A stretch of DNA of 64,000 nt from the human T2T-CHM13v2.0 reference genome, Homo sapiens, in the NCBI RefSeq assembly GCF_009914755.1, contig NC_060948.1, one strand, 5' to 3'. Within the stretch, counting starts at the first letter, position 1. Every line of letters begins with the position of its first letter. Shown piece by piece: positions 57,123-64,000 of this stretch. The position numbers were made by a program, and so were the translations under genes. Below the pieces are notes generated by a model. It was not told where the DNA came from. It did not search any database and saw only the letters and a list, made by a program, of their open reading frames with translations.

Positions 57123-60100
57123 GGCCTGGAATAAAGTGGAATGCTACGGTCTCGAATGGAATAAAAATGTATGGAATGGAATGCAATGAAACGGAATCGA
57201 ATGTCATAGAATGTAATGGAATGCAAAAAAATGGAATCCAAAATCATTGACTGGAAAGGCTGGGTGTCGAAAGGAATTGACTCCAATGGAATGGAATCGA
57301 ATGGAATGGAAGTGAATAGAATCGAACTAAATCGAATGGAATGGAATTGATAGGAACGGAATGGAAAGGAATGCAATGATTTGGCATGGAATGGAATCGA
57401 ATGGCATCGAATGGAATGGAATGGAATGCAATGGAATGGAATGTATTAGAATGTAATGAACTTTAATGGAATGTACTCGAATGGATTCGACTGGAATGGA
57501 ATGTTCTCGAAGTGAACGGACTCCAATGGAATGGATTCGAAAGGAATGGAAACTAATGGAATGGAATTAAACGGAAATGAATCAAATAGAATAGAACGGA
57601 ATTGAATTGAATGGAATCGAATGCAATGGAATCTAATGAAACGGAAAGGAATGGAATGGAATGGGCTGGAATGGAATGGAATCGAAACGAATGGAATGGA
57701 ATCGAACTGAAGAGACTGGAATGGAATGCACTGGAATGGAAGGGAATGTAATGGAAGGTTCTCGAAAAAAATGGAATCGAAAGGAATGGAATTGAATGGA
57801 ACGGAATAGAGTCGAATGGAATTCAATGGAATGGAATGGACTAGAGTGAAATGGAATCGAACCACAAGGAATGGACAGGAATAGAATGGTCTCGAATTGA
57901 ATGGAATCGTATGGAATGGCATCAAACGGAATGGAATGGACAGCCACGGAATGGAATGGACACCCACGGAATGGAATGCACTCGAATGCAATGGAGTCGA
58001 CACTAATGGACTGGAATAGAATGGACTCGACTGGTACGGACTCCAATGGAATGGAATCGAATGGAAGGGAATCGAAAGGAATGGACTCGAAGGGAAAAAA
58101 CTGCAATGGAAAGGTCTCCAATGGAATGGAAATTAATGGAATGGAATGGAATCGAATGAAATGGAGTCAAAAGGAATGGAATCGAATGGCAAGAAATCGA
58201 ATGTAATGGAATCGCAAGGAATTGATGTGAACGGAACGGAATGGAATGGAATCCAAAGGAATGGAATAGAATGGAATGGAATCGAATGGAAAGGACTCGA
58301 ATGGAAATCACTCGAATAGAATGCAATTTAATAAAATAGGATCAAATGTAATGGAATGGAATGGAAAGGAATCGAAACGAAAGGAATGGAGACAGATGGA
58401 ATGGAATGGAACAGAGAGCAATGGTATAGAATGGAATGGAATCATCTGGAATGGAATTGAATGGAATGGAATAATATGAAATGGAATGGAATGGAATGGA
58501 ATGCCCTTGAATAAAATGGACTGGAATGCAATGGACTCGAACAGAGTGGAATGGAAAGTGTTGAAATAGAATGGAATGGACTCGTTTGGAATGGTCTAGT
58601 ATGCAATGCAATCGACTGGCAGGGAATCAAAAGGAATGTAATCGAATGGATTGGACTGGAATGCAATGGACTCGAATAGATTGGAAACGGAAAGCAAAGG
58701 AATGGAATGGAATAGTATGGAATGGAATGCAAAGGAATGGAGTGGAATAGACTAGAGTGGAATGGAATGGACTCGAAAGCAATGGACTGGAATGGAACTT
58801 TCTTGAATGGACTGGAATCAAACGGAATGGAATGCAATGCAATCAAATGGCATGGAATAAAATAGAATGAAAGAGAATCAAATGGAATTGAATCGAATGG
58901 AATCGAATGGATTGGAAAGGAATAGAATGGAATGGAATGGAATTGACTCAAATGGAATGGACTAGAATGGAATGGATTCGAATGGAAGGCAAAGGAATGG
59001 AATCTATTGGAATGGACTGTAATGGAATGGAATGGAAGGGATTGGAATGGACTCGAATGGAATGGACTGCAGTAGAAAGGATTCGAATGGAATGAAAAAG
59101 AATTGAATGGAATAGAACAGAATGGAATCAAATCGAATGAAATGGAATGGAATAGAAAGGAATGGAATGAAATGGAATGGAAAGGATTCGAATGGAATGC
59201 AATCGAATGGAATGCAATCGAATGGAATGGAATCGAACGGAATGGAATAAAATGGAAGAAAACTGGCAAGAAATGGAATCGAAATGAATGGAGTGTTATG
59301 GAACGGACTCAAAAGGAATTGAATGTAATAGAATGGAGTGGAGTGGACTCGAATATAATGGACTGGAATGGAATGAAATCACATGGAATGGGAACGAATG
59401 GAATGGAATGGAAAGGAATGGAATCGAATGCAAAGGAATCGAATGGAAGGGAATGAAATTGAATCAACAGGAATGGAAGGGAGTAGAATAGACGGTAATG
59501 GAATGGACTCGAATAGAATGGACACGAATGCTCAAATTGAATGGACTCGAATGGAATGGAAACGAAAGGAATGTCATCGAATGGAATTGAATCGATTGGA
59601 ATGAAATCACATAGAATGGAGTGGAATCAAATGGAATTGAATCGAAAGGAAAGGAAGCGAATGGACTGAAATGAAATGGAATGGAATTGAATGGAAAGTA
59701 ATGCAATGGAATAGAATGGAACGAAATTTCACGGAATGGAATCAAACTGAATGGAATCAAATCAATGGAATATAATCAAATGGAATGGAAAGGAATTGAA
59801 CGGAGTAGATTGGATTGGATGGGATTGCAATGAAATGTACTGGAAAGGACTCGAAATTCATGAAACGGAATGGAATGAACTGGAACGGAATGGAATCGAA
59901 TGGAATGGAATGTCATGTAATGGCATCAAATGGAATGGAATCGAATGCGATGGAATGCTATGGAATGGAATGGAATGCATAGGAATGGAATGTCCTCTAA
60001 TGGAATGTATTCGAGTGGAATGGAATCGAATATAATGCAGTCTAATGAAATGGAATTGAAAGGAATGGGACCGAATACAATGGAATAAACTGGAATGTAA

Positions 60101-60656
60101 TGTAATGAACTCGAATGTAATTGACTGGAATGGAATGTACATGAATGGAATGTAATCGCATGGAAAGCAATCCAATGGAATAGAATCTAATGCAATAAAA
60201 TCGACTCAAATAGAGTAGAATGTAATGGAATGGAGTGCAGTGCAATGGAATGGAATGGAATGCAACGGAATGGAATGGAATGGAATGGAATGGGATGGAA
60301 TGGTATGGAATGGATAGTAATGGACTGGAGTGAAATGGACTGGAAAAGAATGGACTCAAATTGAAAGGGCTCGAAAGGAATGGAGTCAAATGGAATGGTC
60401 TGGAATGGAATGAACACGAATGTAATGCAATCCAATAGAATGGAATCGAATGGCATAGAATATAAAGAAATGGAATCGAAGAGAATGGAAACAAATGGAA
60501 TGGAATTGAATGGAATGGAATTGAATGGAATGGGAACGAATGGAGTGAAATTGTATGCAGTAGAAGAGAATAGAATGGAATGCAAGCGAAAGGAAAGGAA
60601 TGGATTGGAATGGAATGGAATTCATTGGAATGGAAGGGAATGTAGTGTAATGGACA
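57123..60656 (-). repeat. DYZ1 monomer U17 (3534 bp)
   Basis: HaeIII 57123 to 60657. 20-bp duplication at 57940-57979. Confidence 0.92.
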
Positions 60657-63600
60657 GGCCTGGAATAAAGTGGAATGCTACGGTCTCGAATGGAATAAAA
60701 ATGTATGGAATGGAATGCAATGAAACGGAATCGAATGTCATAGAATGTAATGGAATGCAAAAAAATGGAATCCAAAATCATTGACTGGAAAGGCTGGGTG
60801 TCGAAAGGAATTGACTCCAATGGAATGGAATCGAATGGAATGGAAGTGAATAGAATCGAACTAAATCGAATGGAATGGAATTGATAGGAACGGAATGGAA
60901 AGGAATGCAATGATTTGGCATGGAATGGAATCGAAAGGCATCGAATGGAATGGAATGGAATGCAATGGAATGGAATGTATTAGAATGTAATGAACATTAA
61001 TGGAAAGTACTCGAATGGATTCGACTGGAATGGAATGTTCTGGAAGTGAATGGACTCCAATGGAATGGATTCGAAAGGAATGGAATCGAACGGAATGGAA
61101 TTAAACGGAAATGAATCAAATAGAATAGAACGGAATTGAATTGAATGGAATCGAATGCAATGGAATCTAATGAAACGGAAAGGAATGGAATGGAATGGGC
61201 TGGAATGGAATGGAATCGAAACGAATGGAATGGAATCGAACTGAAGAGACTGGAATGGAATGCACTGGAATGGAAGGGAATGTAATGGAAGGTTCTCGAA
61301 AAAAATGGAATCGAAAGGAATGGAATTGAATGGAACGGAATAGAGTCGAATGGAATTCAATGGAATGGAATGGACTAGAGTGAAATGGAATCGAACCACA
61401 AGGAATGGACAGGAATAGAATGGTCTCGAATTGAATGGAATCGTATGGAATGGCATCAAACGGAATGGAATGGACGGCCACGGAATGGAATGCACTCGAA
61501 TGCAATGGAGTCGAAACTAATGGACTGGAATAGAATGGACTCGACTGGTACGGACTCCAATGGAATGGAATCGAATGGAAGGGAATCGAACGGAATGGAC
61601 TCGAAGGGAAAAGACTGCAATGGAAAGGTCTCGAATGGAATGGAAATTAATGGAATGGAATGGAATCGAATGAAATGGAGTCAAAAGGAATGGAATCGAA
61701 TGGCAAGAAATCGAATGTAATGGAATCGCAAGGAATTGATGTGAACGGAACGGAATGGAATGGAATCCAAAGGAATGGAATAGAATGGAATGGAATCGAA
61801 TGGAAAGGACTCGAATGGAAATCACTCGAATAGAATGCAATTTAATAAAATAGGATCAAATGTAATGGAATGGAATGGAAAGGAATCGAAACGAAAGGAA
61901 TGGAGACAGATGGAATGGAATGGAACAGAGAGCAATGGTATAGAATGGAATGGAATCATCTGGAATGGAATTGAATGGAATGGAATAATATGAAATGGAA
62001 TGGAATGGAATGGAATACCCTTGAATTAAATGGACTGGAATGGAATGGACTCGAACAGAGTGGAATGGAAAGTGTTGAAATAGAATGGAATGGACTCGTT
62101 TGGAATGGTCTAGTATGCAATGCAATCGACTGGCAGGGAATCAAAAGGAATGTAATCGAATGGATTGGACTGGAATGCAATGGACTCGAATAGATTGGAA
62201 ACGGAAAGCAAAGGAATGGAATGGAATAGTATGGAATGGAATGCAAAGGAATGGAGTGGAATAGACTAGAGTGGAATGGAATGGACTGGAAAGCAATGGA
62301 CTGGAATGGAACTTTCTTGAATGGACTGGAATCAAACGGAATGGAATGCAATGCAATCAAATGGCATGGAATAAAATAGAATGAAAGAGAATCAAATGGA
62401 ATTGAATCGAATGGAATCGAATGGATTGGAAAGGAATAGAATGGAATGGAATGGAATTGACTCAAATGGAATGGACTAGAATGGAATGGATTCGAATGGA
62501 AGGCAAAGGAATGGAATCTATTGGAATGGACTGTAATGGAATGGAATGGAAGGGATTGTAATGGACTCGAATGGAATGGACTGCAGTAGAAAGGATTCGA
62601 ATGGAATGAAAAAGAATTGAATGGAATAGAACAGAATGGAATCAAATCGAATGAAATGGAATGGAATAGAAAGGAATGGAATGAAATGGAATGGAAAGGA
62701 TTCGAATGGAATGCAATCGAATGGAATGAAATCGAATGGAATGGAATCGAACGGAATGGAATAAAATGGAAGAAAACTGGCAAGAAATGGAATCGAAATG
62801 AATGGAGTGTTACGGAACGGACTCAAAAGGAATTGAATGTAATAGAATGGAGTGGAGTGGACTCGAATATAATGGACTAGAATGGAATGAAATCACATGG
62901 AATGGGAACGAATGGAATGGAATGGAAAGGAATGGAATCGAATGGAAAGGAATCGAATGGAAGGGAATGAAATTGAATCAACAGGAATGGAAGGGAGTAG
63001 AATAGACGGTAATGGAATGGACTCGAATAGAATGGACACGAATGCTCAAATTGAATGGACTCGAATGGAATGGCAACGAAAGGAATGTCATCGAATGGAA
63101 TTGAATCGTTGGAATGAAATCACATAGAATGGAGTGGAATCAAATGGAATTGAATCGAAAGGAAAGGAAGCGAATGGACTGAAATGAAATGGAATGGAAT
63201 TGAATGGAAATTAATGCAATGGAATAGAATGGAACGAAATTTCACGGAATGGAATCAAACTGAATGGAATCAAATCAATGGAATATAATCAAATGGAATG
63301 GAAAGGAATTGAATGGAGTAGATTGGATTGGATGGGATTGGAATGAAATGTACTGGAAAGGACTCGAATTTCATGAAACGGAATGGAATGAATTAGAACG
63401 GAATGGACTCGAATGGAATGGAATGTCATGGAATGGCATCAAATGGAATGGAATCGAATGCAATGGAATGCTTTGGAATGGAATGGAATGCATTGGAATG
63501 GAATGTCCTCTAATGGAATGTATTCGAGTGGAATGGAATCGAATATAATGGAGTCTAATGAAATGGAATTGAAAGGAATGGGACCGAATACAATGGAATA

Positions 63601-64000
63601 TACTGGAATGTAATGTAATGAACTCGAATGTAATTGACTGGAATGGAATGTACATGAATGGAATGTAATCGAATGGAAAGCAATCCAATGGAATAGAATC
63701 TAATGCAATAAAATCGACTCAAATAGAGTAGAATGTAATGGAATGGAGTGCAGTGCAATGGAATGGAATGGAATGGAATGCAATGGAATGGAATGGAATG
63801 GAATGGGATGGAATGGTATGGAATGGATAGTAATGGACTGGAGTGAAATGGACTGGAAAAGAATGGACTCAAATTGAAAGGGCTCGAAAGGAATGGAGTC
63901 AAATGGAATGGTCTGGAATGGAATGAACACGAATGTAATGCAATCCAATAGAATGGAATCGAATGGCATGGAATATAAAGAAATGGAATCGAAGAGAATG
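60657..64000 (-). repeat. DYZ1 monomer U18 (truncated by window end)
   Basis: Starts at HaeIII 60657. Extra HaeIII site at 61476. Near-copy of U15 at offset 10591. Confidence 0.92.

Larger units (their letters stand above)
1..64000. repeat. DYZ1: Human satellite III array, DYZ1 (Yq12 heterochromatin), ~18 tandem ~3.5 kb monomers of diverged (GGAAT)n
   Basis: GGAAT pentamer and its variants (CGAAT, GCAAT, TGAAT, GGACT) run throughout. Unique landmarks recur every ~3.5 kb. The reverse complement upstream of the HaeIII site reads CCTGTCCATTACACTACATTCCCTTCCATTCCAATGAATTCC, which I recognise as the start of the published 3564-bp DYZ1 monomer (recalled, not searched). The canonical TTCCA-rich strand is the - strand. 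Confidence 0.97.

Noticed and set aside
657-60657. 17 monomers sum to exactly 60000 bp
   Set aside because: Numerical coincidence (mean about 3529 bp). The segments at this offset carry different alleles, so it is not a duplication or formatting artefact.
177-63969. Hundreds of 60-275 aa ORFs on both strands (MEWNG- and HSIPF-rich)
   Set aside because: (GGAAT)3 translates to MEWNG and (ATTCC)3 to HSIPF with no stop codon in any frame, so long overlapping ORFs are expected. They recur each monomer, are freely broken by 5-bp indels and SNPs, and resemble no protein family.
1-64000. CRISPR-like or repeat-spacer system
   Set aside because: There are no unique spacers. Every non-GGAAT stretch recurs at the same position in each ~3.5 kb monomer, and no cas or other genes are present.
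1-64000. Embedded non-satellite sequence (DYZ2/HSat1B, Alu, L1) or an inversion
   Set aside because: Landmark spacings never deviate from 3498-3569 bp and the + strand stays GGAAT-oriented throughout, leaving no room for an insertion or strand switch.
1-64000. Assignment to HSat2 or chromosome 9 HSat3
   Set aside because: HSat2 is dominated by CATTCGATTC/GAATCAT-type units with a different period. The ~3.5 kb monomer with DYZ1 landmark sequences fits Yq12.

Overview
The whole 64 kb window is one uninterrupted array of human satellite III, (GGAAT)n on the + strand and (ATTCC)n on the - strand. It is recognisable as the Y-chromosome Yq12 DYZ1 repeat: a ~3.5 kb monomer with one conserved HaeIII/StuI site and one conserved EcoRI site, containing the classic Y1.1/Y1.2 sexing-primer sequences. 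There are about 18 head-to-tail monomers. The 17 complete ones measure 3498-3569 bp between HaeIII sites (units U1-U18 below are numbered from the HaeIII site at 657), all in the same orientation. I see no genes, RNA genes, mobile elements, CRISPR arrays or non-satellite insertions, and all listed ORFs are artefacts of the 5-bp period. The informative structure lies in variation between monomers: local 2-, 3- and 4-monomer higher-order duplications, mosaic monomers with mappable switch points, mutually incompatible variant sharing that implies recombination or conversion, and three perfect heat-shock elements per monomer. I found no evidence for a new protein-coding or defence system. Comparisons were made by eye and need an alignment to confirm.
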